A stretch of 64,000 nt of DNA from Prorocentrum cordatum (GCA_963575745.1 CAUYUJ010000226.1:1-64000); one strand, 5' to 3'. Numbered from the stretch's first letter, positions 33,257-47,103 are shown. The notes: generated by a model not told the origin, from the sequence alone. Numbers and translations: made by a program.

Positions 33257-36200
33257 ATGTATACATGTGTGTATTTGTATATATCGAGAGAGAACAGAGA
33301 CATCGAGAGACAGAGAGACATAAATGATAACTTTTAGAGAGGGGTGTCGCAAGTATTAGTATGTCCAGTGAGGCACCACAGCAGATGGCAACACACTAGA
33401 AGCAAGCGCGCATTTCTATCCCGCTGCCTAGGGCAATGCGGCCACCTTGCAGGCACCGCATTCTGGCTGGCGACCCCTCCAGGGGGGGGCGGGAGGCTGC
33501 ACGCGCGACACCTCGGGCCCCTCGACGGCACTGGGGCCCGTTGGGGTGCTTCGGGGGGGCCTTTGGGGTGGTTTTCTTGTTCGATCCCCTCCTCCTCCTC
33601 TTCCTCCTCCTCCTCCTCCTCCTCCTCCTCCTCCTCTCCTCCTCTCTCCTCCTCCTCCTCCTCCTCTCCTCCTCCTCCGCCTCTCCTCCTCCTCCTCCTC
33701 CTCCTCCTCCTCCTCTCCTCCTCCTCCTGCTCCTCCTCCTCCTCCTCCTCCTTCTCCTCCTCCTCCTCCTCGATGCTCGGTCGATCCCTTCATCCAGGGG
33801 CGGGGGGGCTTCTGGGTGCTTCTCTGGGATCTCTCGCGGGGTGTCTCGGCAGCGTCTCCGGGGCGCCTCGGAGATTTTCGCGGGCTCCCTGGGCTGACCG
33901 GGAACGTTCTTGGACCGACGGGCTGTTTGGCCGTCTTGGAGCATTCGGAAACCGTTCTTGGGGGTCTCGGGGTTGTCTGGGGGGCCCCTGGACACTTTGA
34001 AAGGCCGCCGGAGGGCGCAAGGGCTGCTGTTTGGCCATTCTGGAACCGTCTGGGCCGTTCGGGGCTCTCCGGAGGCCTTGCCATCTCGAGGCCGTCCTGA
34101 AAGCCCCGTGGGCCGTCCTGAGCTCACGGAAACCCGAGAAGGTGAGTAAAGCTATTCCGTTGGCCCTTTCGATCCCTGATGGAGGTTCTCTGTGAGCCCT
34201 GTGGGTCCGCATGGACCGCCTCTTGGGCGCGGTCATCTTGGGCAGTCTTGCGCGCTGCAGGACGGCGCGGCCGCAGCCCGCGCGCAGGCCCAGCGGGCGC
34301 GGGCCCGTGGGCGCCTCCACCTCCGCCATGGAGCTGCAGCTCGCCATGGGCGGCGCCGCGGCCGCCGCCGCCCGCGCCGAGGCAGCCGCGCGGGGCGCGC
34401 GCGCGCTGCCGCGGCAGCGGCGGAGACCGCGCGGGAGGCGCGCGCCGCCGCGGCGGCGGCGGAGGAGTCGGCTTGCGCAGCGGGCGCGGAGCGGCGAGCG
34501 GCTGCTCCGGCTGCAGCGGCGTGCTCGCAGGCCGCGGCCTGGCGTTTGACGCGTCGCCGTCGATTCGCCCGCGTCTGGGCGGGGCGCGCGAGGCCTAAGT
34601 GCGCGGTGCAGAGCGCCAAAGGGGCGGGGCGAGCTCGGGCAGAGGAGCTCGCCAAACGCAGGAGAGAGCTCGGGGAGAAGGACTGGCGGCGCAATGGAGC
34701 TCCGGGGGAGCCGCATCCCACTGCCCCCATTCCCAGTTACGCAATCCTTCCTGAGAGACGCCTTCTCCCCCAATGAGGCGTTCAAGCCTGCCCCTACTCT
34801 CCTCTCCGCGACTAGCCCCTCCGACCCCGGCGTTGCTTCGAGACCATTTGACCCACTTGCGCCCCGCCAGTTGCGCGATCGCGCGGGCGGCCGCCGATGC
34901 CACGGATCGGGGCCATCTTCAACGCTCCCCTGCGGTCGTTGGGCTTCCTGCTCGTGCCCATGCGGAGCATCGCCTTGTCGGTCTGGGCCTCAGGCTTTCA
35001 ATGCGCACCGCCGCCGGGAACACCAGACTTTGTCCCAGCGCCGTGCCTCAGGAGCGAAAGAAGGACGTACATGTACATGAATCCACGCTGGTTTCGAGAG
35101 CACGCATTGCACAAATGTTCGTATAACGCGGCCAGTCTCGCGAATCGAGGGGCCGTGTTCATGTACATAGCTGGGCGCGTACGTCCTTTGTGGGCTCCCT
35201 ACCTGCCCCCCCCTTGCCCCCCCCCCCCCCCCCCCATTGAGTCTCCCCCCCCTCGACGCCGGTATTGCACTGCGCCCCGCCGCGTGGCCGAGGGGCGTGG
35301 CCGCGGCGAGCCTCGGCTGCCACCCGCCCTGCCCGCCCTGCCAGAGCGGCGTGCGGGGCACGCGCTGCCCCGCTCCTCGCGCGCGTCCGGCGGTGCCCAG
35401 CGTCGGCCGTTTTCAGCCGCGTCGGGCATCTCGCCCCTGTCTCCCTGCCTCCTCCTCCTCCTGTGGCTCCTCCTCCTCCTCCTCCTCCTCCTCCTCCTCC
35501 TCCTCCTCCTCCTCCTCCTCTGGCTCCTCCTCCTCCGCCTCCTCCTCCTCCTCCTCCTCCTCCTTCTCCCCTCCTCCTCCTCCTCCTCCTCCTCCTCCTC
35601 CTCCTCATCCTCCTCCTCCTCCTCCCCCTCCGCCTGGCGGCGCGCCTGGACCCCCGGGGGGGGGATCTTTAAACTAGAAGCGCGGGCATTCATGCGTCCT
35701 CCCTGTCATCCTCCATTTCTCCCCCCGCTGGCCTGGCGCAGCGCTGCCGGGCCCCCTTGCCTCCTCTTTGGGGGGGAGGCCGTTCTCGTCGCCGGGCCTC
35801 CTGCTGATGGGGCAAAGTGGTGGCCCCCTGCGGTCGCGTGCGCGCGCCCGCGGTTGCGCGCTCTCCGCCAGGGCCGAGTCGTCGCCGCTTCCCCAGCAGC
35901 AGCGTGGTCTTAGATGTCCGCGGCGGCAGAGGCAGAGGAAGCCGCGCAGCACCGCCACAGCAGTCCAATGGCACGGTCGGCCTCGGAGGTCAGCCGCCGA
36001 CAGGATTGCGCGGTCCATATGCAGCTGGGTATTTTTTCGGTTTTGTCCCTGGCGCGCAGCGCCGGGGTCTGAAGCGCCGCGTCGCCGCCCGCGGCGCTGC
36101 GACGAGGCGCACGGCGACGCCCGTCACGCTGGGCGACGCCGACGCCACCGACGACGCCAACGTCGGAAATTGCGTCCATCCCGTTAACGGGGTAGCGCTA

Positions 36201-37659
36201 TCCACCGGTCCTGGGCGGCAGCACGACGCCCGGTGTGGCTGCGACGACCAAGTTTGGCAAGGGGTGGGGTGGCGCTTTTTGCGCGAGGGGGGCGATGCAT
36301 CAGCACGCGCATGGCGCGCGACCTGGTCGCGGCGCGTGACGTTGTTCTGTCGCGCGCTGTCGATAATTATCCCTGTTGCTTCCTGGAGCGAATGGAGAGA
36401 GATCTGACAGGCAGGTTGTCTTTCGTAAGTATCGCGGGTACGAGGGCCAGCCGAACGGGTCGCAAGGCCTCGCTGACGAAGATTCTCAAGTTGGCGATGG
36501 GGCCAGTTGCAGAGACGCCGCTCGACCGACCGAAGTTACCATTTCACCGCAGCGAAGTGCTGATATCAGTTGATCCCCACTGACCAGGGTGGTTACATCC
36601 AGCGTCGTTTTCAGCGGCATGCTGGCGCGACGAAGTGTAAGAACAGGGGGAGTTCTGGCACGCGTGTTCTCGATCAAGAAGTCTCCTATCCCATCCGTGG
36701 GAGTGACCCGGCGCGCCGCGCGAGGCAGCGAGCGGAGTCCATGGGCCTGGCTCACCCCTCATCCATCATCCTTGTCAGGAGGAAAAGAAACACACAGACA
36801 CAATGAATCCTCGATTCCCTAGAAAATATGGGAAAATATCGGAAGTGGGGGGGAAGACAGAAACCCAGAAAATATGCGAAAATATGGGGAATATTTTATT
36901 TGTGTGTATTTATTTGTGTGTCCTGGGGCCCCTTCAATATCTTGCCGCGGTCGATCCCCTCGGCCGCGCGCGCTCGCCGCCCCGGGCCCGATGCCGCTCG
37001 CCCGCGCTGGCCCCGCGCAGCCGCGGGTCCTGAACCGACGACGTGGCGCGCGATCCCGTGGCTGTCTAGCCTTGTGGAGGACGATCAATTCGGGGGCGGA
37101 AAAGAGGGGGGTGATGACTAGGGGGGGGGTAGATATCATGGCGTCGGCCACGATATTCCCCCAGATTTCATGGCGCCTCTTCTTATTTCATTACGTTCCT
37201 GGCCCCCCCGCTGGGCCGCGCACATGCCGCCGGTCATGATTTGCACCCCCCCCTCTTGGACACCCCCCTCTTGGCCGCTCCCGATCAATGGAGAGCAAGC
37301 GTGTTGACGAATACTTTCCAGATGTCTGAAGCATGTGTCAAACATGTTTCAAACCTGTAAAACCATGTTTAACCCATGTTTAAAACGTGCTTAACACATG
37401 GTTAATTATTCAATGCTAGTGCTGCCAGGGTGTCCAGTGTCGCGGCATGCGCAGGTCTAGCCGTTCTCTCTGCCGCATGGGTCATGGCTGCCAGTGTGAG
37501 TTTTGGGGTCGGCGGGTTGGCTGCTGGGCTCGCCCTTGGCCCCGAGGCTCCGCGCCCGAGCGCGGCGCGCGCCGCCCGCTCTTTGGCGCCTGCTTCGCGG
37601 GCGCCGGCGGACGCCGCAGGCCCGCGCTGCTCTTCGCGGCCTGCGCGAGAGAGCGACGG

Positions 37660-38115
37660 GTCAGAGCCCCGAATCATCAGGGGTAATTCGGGTCAGGGCT
37701 AACTCGGGTTCGCTTTCCGGGAGTCCGAACCCGAGTTACCCCGGACCCGAGTTACCCCTGGATGATTCGGGCGTCCAAGAGCCCCGAATCATCAGGGGTA
37801 ACTCGGGTCAGGGGTAACTCGGGTTCGTTTTCCGGGAGTCCGAACCCGAGTTACCCCGGACCCGAGTTACCCCGGATGACTCGGGCGTCCAGGGCCCCCG
37901 AATCATCAGGGGTAACTCGGGTCAGGGGTAACTCGGGTTCCTTTTTCGGGAATCCGAACCCGAGTTACCCCGGACCCGAGTTACCCCGGATAACTCGGGC
38001 GTCCAGAGCCCCGAATCATCAGGGGTAACTCGGGTCAGGGGTAACTCGGGTTCCTTTTTCGGGAATCCAAACCCGACTTACCCCGGGCCCGAGTTACCCC
38101 GGATAACTCGGGCGC
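37660..38115. repeat. Four tandem ~114-bp units, each itself a palindrome
   Basis: GAATCATCAG at 37671, 37786, 37900 and 38013. Arms are GGGGTAACTCGGGTCAGGGGTAACTCGGGTTC / GAACCCGAGTTACCCCGGACCCGAGTTACCCC. Confidence 0.93.
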
Positions 38116-38899
38116 CCAAGACGGGGGCGGCGGCGACGGCGATGTCGTGGAATGAAGAACCAGCCACTTCTCCCACGACGACGATCACGCAGACGAGAAC
38201 GACGCGGGTGCGCCGTTCGGGTGTGGATGGTTCGAGCCATCCCCGCGCTGGGTCTGCGTCGCTTGGCGTTGCGGTGCGTTGCTTTTGCGCCGCGTTGCGT
38301 TGCACCGCTTTGCGTTGCGTTGAATTACGCGGCGCTGCGCTGTTGTTGCGCCTCTTTGATGTCGCGGCGTCTATTCTGCTTCGCCGCAGAGGAGAACTCA
38401 GCGCACGGTTGCGCGCGCTTTTCCATCGCGGCAACCGTCTGGTTGTGTTGCGCATCCGTTTTGCTTAGGCGTTCCTGGTTCTTGAGCGCTGTTTTTCCTG
38501 ACTGCGTCTGTTCTATCGTCGCCGGTGCCGTGATCGCTGTCGACGTTCAACTCCAGTGCGGCGGCAGAGTAGTGTAGGCGGCCATTCGACCTGGAACGTT
38601 ATGGTTTTCCTCTTCCACCTCAACAATGTAATCCGAAGATGCTGTATTGCATTGTTCCGAATTGGTTTGGATTTTGTACATGTCAGTCCGGCGCATGCCC
38701 CCATGATTTTGTCAGTTGTTGTTCGATGCGGGCGGGCGCTTGTGTATGCGTGTATGCTCATTCGTGCATGTGCCCACGATGTTGCCGCACGGTTCCTGAA
38801 TGCGCATGTGCATGGATTCCCGAGCCAGTGCTCGCACACAAGATTTCCAAATTCTGAGCTAGAGAACTGTGCCTGTGTTTTGTTGTGGCGGTTCTGTGC

Positions 38900-39245
38900 C
38901 AACCGTCGCCGCCTCGTCACCGCCCGTCGCCTGGGGTTGCGTGTCGGTCTGGCGGCTCCGTGCCGGCCATCGCCGCCACGTCGCCGCCCGCCGTCGAGGC
39001 CTCAGGCGTGGTCGTGCGGCTATGTGCCTTCCAACGTCGCCCCGTGCCCGCCTCGTCGCCGCCCATCGTCTGTGCCTGCAGTTTGGTCGGGCCGCTACGT
39101 GCCCGCCGTCCCCACCCCGTCTGTGTGCCCTCCACCTCCATGGTCGCCCCGTGCCCGCCTCGTCGCCGCCCGCCGTCGGCTGTCCGTGCAGCTTGGTCGG
39201 GCCGCTACGTGCCTGCCGTCGCCGCCTCGTCGCCGCCTCGTTTTC
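38900..39245. repeat. Degenerate ~107-bp GC-rich tandem repeat
   Basis: GTGCCCGCCTCGTCGCCGCCC...TTGGTCGGGCCGCTACGTGCC at 39044 and 39151. Confidence 0.75.
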
Positions 39246-40554
39246 GCCAGCCGCTGCGTGGGATTGCATCACGTCGAGAACACGGACACGAGATCGCACC
39301 TGCGGCGTGGGTTATGATCGCCCACCGCATTGTTTGCACGACATAGATTGCACCACGTGGACGTCATAACCACATCCCTTGCACCACACAGATGACACAG
39401 CGTGAGTTGCACGAAGTAGATCGCATAACATACACTGCGCCACGCATATTGCAGCGCGGATAGGTCACGAGTTATAGTTTCGCCCGTGCGGCGCGTGCAG
39501 TGATCGTTCACAATAGTTGCACTACGTAGATTGCATTGCGTACCTACGTTGCTCAGCATCCATGGCGCCACACTATTCGCTCAACCTTGTAGCACAATAG
39601 GTATTGGTTCACAGTGTTTGCAGCTTGTACGTTGCATCACATACACACACACACATATATATATATATACATGTCGATGCAGCACACAACACTTGTTGCA
39701 TCACAGCTTTTTCACACCACCATGATTTCACAGCAAGTGATGCGACATAACTATCGAGGTAAATAAACCGCACCAAGGAGAATCTCACATGGAGTGCGCA
39801 ACATAGATCACACATCATATACACAAATGTGTATGTTTATGTGTGCAGTTATACATTTATACAGATCACAGTAACTATTTGCACCAACTATCTTGCTCTA
39901 TGCATATTCCACAACATGGATTGCTCCCATAGGACGCAATACTATAGTTGCACCACGTCGGATGCACAACATAAATTGCGGAACATGTAATGGTAGAAAC
40001 ATACAGTTCAAGCCTCTCGCTGGCAAGCGTCCGAAGCCCTTACCTCTCACACAAGCCGGCGCCAGCGGTCAGGTGTGCGCCAAGAGCAGGGTGCGGTTCG
40101 GGGTGGAGAGGGAAGGGAGAGGAGGAGGGGGAGGAAGAGGGGGAGGAGGAAGGAGGGAGGAGGAGGAGGAGGAGGAGAAGGAGGAGGAGGAGGAGGAGGA
40201 GCAGGAGAGGAGGAGCAGGAGAGGAGGAAGAGAAGGAGGAGGAGGAGGAGGAGGGAGGAGGAGGGGAGGAGGAGGGGGGCGGGGGGGGAAGGAGGACGAG
40301 GTGGAGGAGGACGAGCAGGAGGAGGAGGACGATGGGGGACGGAATTCTGTGCCTCTGCCCGACGGGGGTTGTTGACCCGCGAGGGTCCCGCTCCCGACTT
40401 GGAGGCAAGAGCGCATGTGCTTTCTTGTATGTTTGTCATGTCCCTCGGATGCCAGGGGAGGATGACCAGGAGGACGATACTGATGAAGAGGAGGACGACG
40501 AGGACATGGGCGACGTGGAGGAGGAACATGGTCATGAGAGGTCAGGGGGGGAAT

Positions 40555-40872
40555 GGCGATGCTGCTGATGCTGCTGCTGTTGATGATGTTGCTGCTGGTG
40601 GTGATGATGATGATGATGATGATGCTGATGACGATGATGATGATTGGGATGGTGGTCATGTTGATGATGAGGTTGTTGATGATGATGAGGATGAGGTTGA
40701 TGGTGATAATGATGTTGATGATTATGATGATGGTGATGATGATGACGATGATCATGATGATGATCATGACGAGGATCATGATGATGCTGATGATGATGTT
40801 GATGCTGATGCTGATGATGATACTGATGCAGGCGATGATGATGATGATGATGAAGATGATGATGATGATAAC

Positions 40873-40956
<84 letters not shown>

Positions 40957-41295
40957 GGTGGTGGTGGTGGTGATGATGATGATGACGATGATGATGATGA
41001 TGCTGATGATGGTGATGATGATGATGGTGATGATGATGATGGTGATGATGATGATGATGATGATGATGGTGATGCTGATGATGGTGATGGTGATGGTGAT
41101 GGTGATGCTGATGGTGATGGTGATGGTGATGGTGTGAGGACGAAAAGGAGGACGATGATGAGGATGAGGGTAACGATGATCATGATGATCATGATAATGA
41201 TAATGATGAAGTTGATGGTGGTGATGGTGATTGTTGGTGATGCTGATGGTGATGGTGATGAGTTTAGAGATGTTGCTGATGATAACGATGGTGAG
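40555..41295. repeat. Degenerate (GAT/GGT)n microsatellite
   Basis: Directly visible. It is the source of the poly-D/M/I ORFs. Confidence 0.96.
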
Positions 41296-42232
41296 GAGAG
41301 GGAGGAGGAGGAGGAGGAGGAGGAGGAGGAGGAGGAGGAAGGGGGGAGAAATGGGGAGAACCAGGAGTAAGAGGAGGATTCTCCCAATCAAGATGTCCAG
41401 CCTGGCAGCTAGGTCGGTTCAGATTCTGCTAGTGCGGGGATAGCCGTCCTCCGAGCTGAGTCGGCGTGGCGTCGGACCCTGATCCGGTCGGCGTCAGGGA
41501 GTCGTGGTCTGTTTGGCCCGTTCTCCCTGTATTGTAATCCGACGTTGCGAAGAAGTGCAACATGGTAGCAAATATTTCGACGGGAGCCTCAGACCGCATC
41601 GTCCTCCTGCGTTCTCCGAGCCGGATCGATCCGTGAGGGCCCCAGGGCCGGGAACAGGGCAGACTCGCGACGCCAGGATCGTAGGGTTGAGGGCGTTGGG
41701 CCCCAGCCGGGTCGGACGAGCAGCCCGGCCCTGCAGGATAAGAGGCGTTGCAGAATGGGAGGGTGATGCAGGGGTGGGGTACAGACAGGTGCACCTTCCA
41801 AGTACCCTCGGGGCCCAAAAGGGCTCCCCTGAGGTCCAGATGCTACACGTTTCTTCGCCCCCCACGTTGCTTCGCCCCCCTGTTTCGTCGCCCCCCTGTT
41901 TACAGCACCCCCCCATGAAGCAGCGCACAAGGTGCCCTTTACCTTTTAGATGGGGTCCGGGCAGATGGGTTCGGAGGATCGCGCCGCTTCGCCGATGCAG
42001 GAGCGATGCGGCCCGATGTGGAGCCCGGTGCGTCGCCGACGTCGCTCGAGGCATCGCCGATGCACCGCCGCTGCATCACGGATGCTTCGACGACGTGGCG
42101 CGATCCTCCGACCCCAGCTGCTCGGAGAGAGTGGGGTGACGCGGGGGCGCGCGCCGACCGCCTGCCGGGGTGCCGCAGGGCCGTGCGCGGCCAATGCGAG
42201 CAGTCAGGGGGAGGGGGCGCAGTCAGCGGCAA

Positions 42233-42304
<72 letters not shown>

Positions 42305-42928
42305 GGGTGGCTCCGAGGGGGCGCTTGCGGTAGCCACGCGCAGGAGGCGGCCTTGCGCGCACGCCGCTCCGCCCCGGTTGGGCCTCCCTCTGTCGGGAGA
42401 GAAGCAGTGCACAGACACGAGCAAGTGTCGAATCCTCGATTCCCAGGAATATATATATATATATATATGCATATATATATATAGTCGGGTCGCTGAAGAA
42501 GGCACCCCTCTCGTTGGGGAGGGGCTCCGTGTTCCTTCATTGATCCACAGCTTGCCTCAGGTTTTCCGGACCTTTTCGACGGGAAGCCGAAGGGTACTTT
42601 ATGCAAAAGAGGGACCTCGCTCCTTTTTCAGGGTTCCTTAGGTCAGCGCCCCGACTGTATGGGAACGCACAGGAACTGGGTGGGAGGACGGCAATCTGAA
42701 AGCAGCTGGAATGAGCCGGGGGGACCCTGGGATCTGCGCGGACTTGTTCGCGTGTGTGTGTGTGTGTGTGTGTGCCCCAGGGGCCTGTTGAGAGCCCGCT
42801 GCGGCCCTCGCGGGCCGAGCGGCCCCTCGCGGGCTCGCGGCCCCCGGGGGCCGCGGCCCCGCGGATGCGTGGCGTTTTTGGTCTCTCCCAGGCGCCCCGC
42901 GCGGAACGCACCCGTGCGGCTTCCTCTG

Positions 42929-43119
42929 GGGTACTCCAGATTTCGTAATGAAGGGAGGGGGGTCTCATTTCGGGGGAGGGTCTCTTCCAGGCTATCTTGG
43001 AGGGCCTGGGGGGTCCGGGGACGATGTTTTTTGGAGGGTTCTCCCACGGGGGAGGTCTGAAATGGCTTGTCTTGGAGGGTCCAGACCCCCTCCCTTTTGT
43101 TACGAAATCTGGAGTACCT
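42929..43119. mobile_element. MITE-like element with ~35-bp terminal inverted repeats
   Basis: GGTACTCCAGATTTCGTAATGAAGGGAGGGGGGTCT pairs with AGACCCCCTCCCTTTTGTTACGAAATCTGGAGTACC. An extra right-arm copy lies at ~43287-43320. Confidence 0.75.
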
Positions 43120-43841
43120 CCACCGTGGCCCCTTCTTCAGTTTCCGCCTTCTCTGGGCCTCCAGGGAGGCCCCCCGTCGCCACCGCTGGCGTCGCTCCGC
43201 AATGCTGCTCGGAGCGCGCCCCGGGAGAGGTCCTCCTCCTCCTCCTCCTCCTCCTCCTCCTCCTCCTCCTCCTCCTGCTCCTCCTGCCCCTCCCTTTTGT
43301 TACGAAGTCTGGAGTGCCCTCGTGGCCTCTGCGGCTCGTCCCCTGCCCTGCTCCACGGGTCGCCCGCCGCCCCACAGGCGTGCCCAGCTTCGGCCTCCGA
43401 GGGTCCCGCGTCCTTGACCAGCTGACTCCTCCTCCTCCTCCTCCTCCTCCTCCTCCTCCTCCTCCTCCCTCCTGCTCCTCCTCCTCCTCCTCCTCCTCCT
43501 CCTCCCTCCTGCTCCTCCCCTCCTCCTCCTCCTCCTCCTCCTCCTCCTCCTCATCCTCCTCCCTCCTCCTCCTCCTCCGCCTCCTCCTCCTCCTCCTCCT
43601 CCTCCTCCTCCTCCTCCTCCTCCTCCTCCTCCTCCTCCTCCTCCTCCTCCTCCTCCTCCTCCTCCTCCTCCTCCTCCTCCTCCTCCTCCTCCTCCTCCTC
43701 CTCCTCCCTCCTGCTCCTCCTGCCTCCAAAGGGTCTCGACTTCGGCCTCCTGGGTCCTGTCCTTCACACGCGTGTTGACTGGAAGCAGTTCCTCAGTTCG
43801 GCGCCTTGACTGTGCCCAGCGGTCGTCGAAAGTAGGTATTA

Positions 43842-44005
43842 CACTGTAGGCGATGCTTAAGAAAACCTAGATTTTCGTCCAGAGTCTCGATTATTCTTAA
43901 TTTTTCAATGTAAATCCCAAGATTTTGATAGAAGTTCTGGGTTTTGTTCAAGTTCTGAGACTATGAATTTCTTAACCCATGATTTCTTAAGCATTTCGCA
44001 GGGTG
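43842..44005. mobile_element. AT-rich ~165-bp MITE, copy 1
   Basis: TIR CAC..TAGGCGATGCTTAAGAAA / TTTCTTAAGCATTTCGCA.GGTG, flanked by the direct repeat TAGGTATTA. A second copy lies at 49528-49692. Confidence 0.85.
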
Positions 44006-45445
44006 TAGGTATTATGGAAGTCCCAGATCCCAAGCTGCCGTAGGCGCCTGCCTGCTTCAATGATCGAGTGGCTTCACCTTTTCCGTCCTCCCTGGGGGGC
44101 GGGCGGACACCCCATTTTCTTTCGACGCCTTCCTGATTCATGTTCCCACCTGCTTCTTCCGACCGATGGGTATTGTGTTGCTGCGTACCTCGAGGAAGGA
44201 CAGGACACATGAACATGAACTTTCGTCGCTCCACGCGGATTTCTTGGATCTGTACTGGGGGCCCCTGGCGGCGCCAGCCCTGGCGCGCTCCGCGCGCCAG
44301 GGAGGGGGCCCAGCGCAAATCCAAGAGATCCGCGCGGTCCGGCGAAAGAACGTTTATGCGTATGTGTGTTTTCTTTTGGTATTCGTTCGGGTATAGCCAG
44401 GACCCCAGGTAAGGGGACCCCGTTAGTAGTAGGGCCCCGGAGCCCCTAAATCGGCCAGAAGCACTCAGCCAGGTCTGCCGTAGTTTTTTTTCGGGTCACG
44501 GCAGTTCCGGTCAGTGGAACGGGGCGGGGGGGGGAGCATCCCCCAGTACATGTCACTAAACCAGGTCCCACTAAATTTGGTCCTGCCAACGCCCGATTCG
44601 TGGGCCCGCGCCCTGGAATCTGGACCGCGGGGGCGCGGATGCAGAGATGCTCTCCGGCCTTGGGCCCACATTCTGGGCAAGCCCTTCGGGGGCGCCCGCG
44701 GCGCTTGGCCGCGTCCTGCCCCTTCCCTCCTCCTTCCCTCCTCCCTCCTCCTTCCCTCCTCTTCCTCCTCCTCTTCCTCCTTCCTCCTCCTCCTCCAACT
44801 CCTCCTCCTCCTCCTCCTCCTCCTCCTCCTCCTCCTCCTCCTCCTCCTCCTCCCTTCTCCTCCTTCCCTCCTCTTCCTCTTCCTCCCTCCTCCTCCTTCC
44901 CTCCTCTTCCTCTCCTCCTCCTCCTCCTCCTTCCTCCTTCCTCTTTCTTCCTCCCTCCCTCCCTCCCTCCTCCTCCCTCCCTCCTCCTCCCTCCCTCCCT
45001 CCCTCCCTCCGCTCCGCCCCTCGGATGGGGGGGGGCCCGCTGCCCCTCGGGGTCCCCTCGGCGCTTGGCCGCGTCCTGCCCCTTCCCTCCTTCCTCCTCC
45101 GCCTTCCCTCCCTCCTCCTCCTCCTCCTCCTCCTCCTCCTCCTCCTCCTCCTCTCCTCCTCCTCCTCCTCCTCCTCTCTCTTTCTCCCTCCTCCTTCCTC
45201 CTCCCTCCTCCCTCCCTCCCTCCCGCCTCCCTCCCTCCCTCCGCCCGCCTCCCTCCCTCCCCCCCCCCCCCCCTCCCTCCTCCCTCCCCCCTCCGTGCCT
45301 CCTCCCGTTTTGTCCTTCCTCTGGCCGAGTCGGAGCCCCCAACCTTGCTTGGTCGTTGTCGTGGCCCTTCCTCCCCCTTTCGGGCCCCGCCCCGCCGCCT
45401 CCCTCCCCGCCCGCGGGCTCGGCCGCCCCCCCCCCCCCGGGGGAG

Positions 45446-45553
45446 GTGCACCTCGCGCTCTGCAGCGGCTACGCGCTCTTCGGCGGCGGCGCCATCGTGG
45501 GCAAGTTCGGGGTGCACGGCTCCAACCCTATCATGTTTGAGCTCGCCAGGGAG
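45446..45553 (+). CDS. EamA-like transporter exon, TM1 to start of TM2 (VHLALCSGYALFGGGAIVGKFGVHGSNPIMFELARE)
   Basis: Matches the EamA/WAT1 N-terminal pattern (hydrophobic helix-GG-IVGK...NP..F...R). GAG acceptor and AG|GC donor. Confidence 0.88.
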
Positions 45554-45593
45554 GCTCTCTCCCCCCCCCTTTCTTCGAAGTTGGAGCAGAACA

Positions 45594-45764
45594 CGGCATG
45601 ACCATAAACGTTTGGCGCTCCGCGCGGATGGATCTCTTGGACACGCGTTTGGGCCCCTCCGGCGGAGCCTCCGGCGCCGCCCGCCCATGGCGCGCTCCGC
45701 GTGGGGGGGCGCAGCGCGGATCCAAGAGATCCGCGCGGGGTGCCAAAAGTTTATGTTCATGCCG
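45594..45764. mobile_element. ~170-bp TIR element; related copy at ~44205-44365
   Basis: Outer IR CGGCATGACCATAAAC / GTTTATGTTCATGCCG and inner IR GGATCTCTTGGA / TCCAAGAGATCC. Confidence 0.8.
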
Positions 45765-46269
45765 TTTGTGCCTTCATCTATCTCTGTAGAACCTGAGATC
45801 TTGGCGTCGCGGTTTTCTCATCGCGGGCGGTGATGCCGTGCTTCGGGCGCCGGGCCTCTCACGCATCGATGTGGCTGAAAAATTGCAGCCGACGGATGGG
45901 CCCCAGGGCCCCGGTCGAGATTTCTCATTATGCATTATGCAGCAATTTCTCGTGACGTCGGATCTCAGGGGAGGGATGCGCAAGAAGACATGGTAATCAA
46001 GCATTTCGCGCGGGCTCTGGGAGCGAGGGCCGCCAGATGTCTCAAGAGTTCCTGAAGCGCACGGGGTCGATCGTTTCCCCTTTCGAGCTTGCCAGGGAGG
46101 CCCCCCCTCTTGCAGGATGTGGATCGGCTGAGAGGGGCCCGAAGTTATGATGACGGTGCTGCTGATAGTGATGATGCTGATGATGACGGCGCTGATTATG
46201 ATGTTGATGATGATGATGACGCTGATGATGATTCGCTGATGATGAGGGTAGGGGTGAGGAAAAGCTACC

Positions 46270-47103
46270 CACCCGCCAGCAAGCCGTCTAGCTCACTCCC
46301 ACCCGCCCACCAAACTCAGAAGAAACACCCTGAGCATGTTCAGCGGTCGTCTTTGGCTGGACAGCTACTGGGAACCAAAGCTGACCCCAGGTGAGCGACG
46401 CTTGGGCGAGGTGCGCCACGTGTGGCAGGGGCGCCTCGCGAGCCAGGCACCCCTGGGCCCGAGCGTGCCAGTCACGCCTGGGGCGCCAGACGCGCCACGT
46501 ACTCCGAGGGCGCCAGGTGTGCCGCACACTCCAGCCGCGCCAGGTGCGCCATGTTCGGGGCACGTGCAGAGTGCGTCAGGTGCGCCTGCGCACGTGACAG
46601 CGCACATCGGGAAACATGTCGGCCCCCGCCATCCTTGTCGAAAACCAATGCCCATCATTGTGTCTGCTGGGCCTGCGCACAGCAGGCCACGCGCCACCAC
46701 CCCGCGGTCCCTGTCAAAAGCCATTTGACAGTGATCGCGGGATGGCCTCGCATGAACCAGATTTAGCCGCGAGGTGCATGTTGTGTTGTTGTTTTGTTAG
46801 GGATGGTAGCCTTGCGCGCGGCAGAGAATATGCTGGCACCCCCGTCGCCCCTGTCAAAAACGATACGAAGCGTTCGCGGGCCTCACGAACATGACCCAAC
46901 ACTCTGCCCCAAAGTGTTTTTGTTGACAGGGATGGTGGGGGGGCCGCATCGGGTGGGCCGCGCGTGCTCCACATGTGGAGGCAGAGAACGGTTGTATGTT
47001 TGTGGAGGGAATGGTGGGGGGCGGGTCGTCATGGTGTCCTCATGGTTTCTGGTTGGACGCCTGTCGCCTGGGGGAGGGGGTGTATATGAATAAGGACCAG
47101 TGA
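46270..47103 (+). mobile_element. Dispersed repeat family C, copy 1
   Basis: Both ends are shared with 58932-59420 (GCAAGCCGTCT.GCTCACTCCCACCCGCCC...GTCGTCTTTGGCTGG and GTCGCCTGGGGGAGGGGG...CAGTGA). Confidence 0.75.

Noticed and set aside
38460..38880. Transposase remnant (minus-strand VEWPP)
   Set aside because: A single short motif without the following SPDLNPIE-type or DDE residues.
40069..41391. Poly-Asp/Met/Ile ORFs over 400 aa (similar shorter ones at 47040-48209)
   Set aside because: Microsatellite artefacts that are open in several frames.
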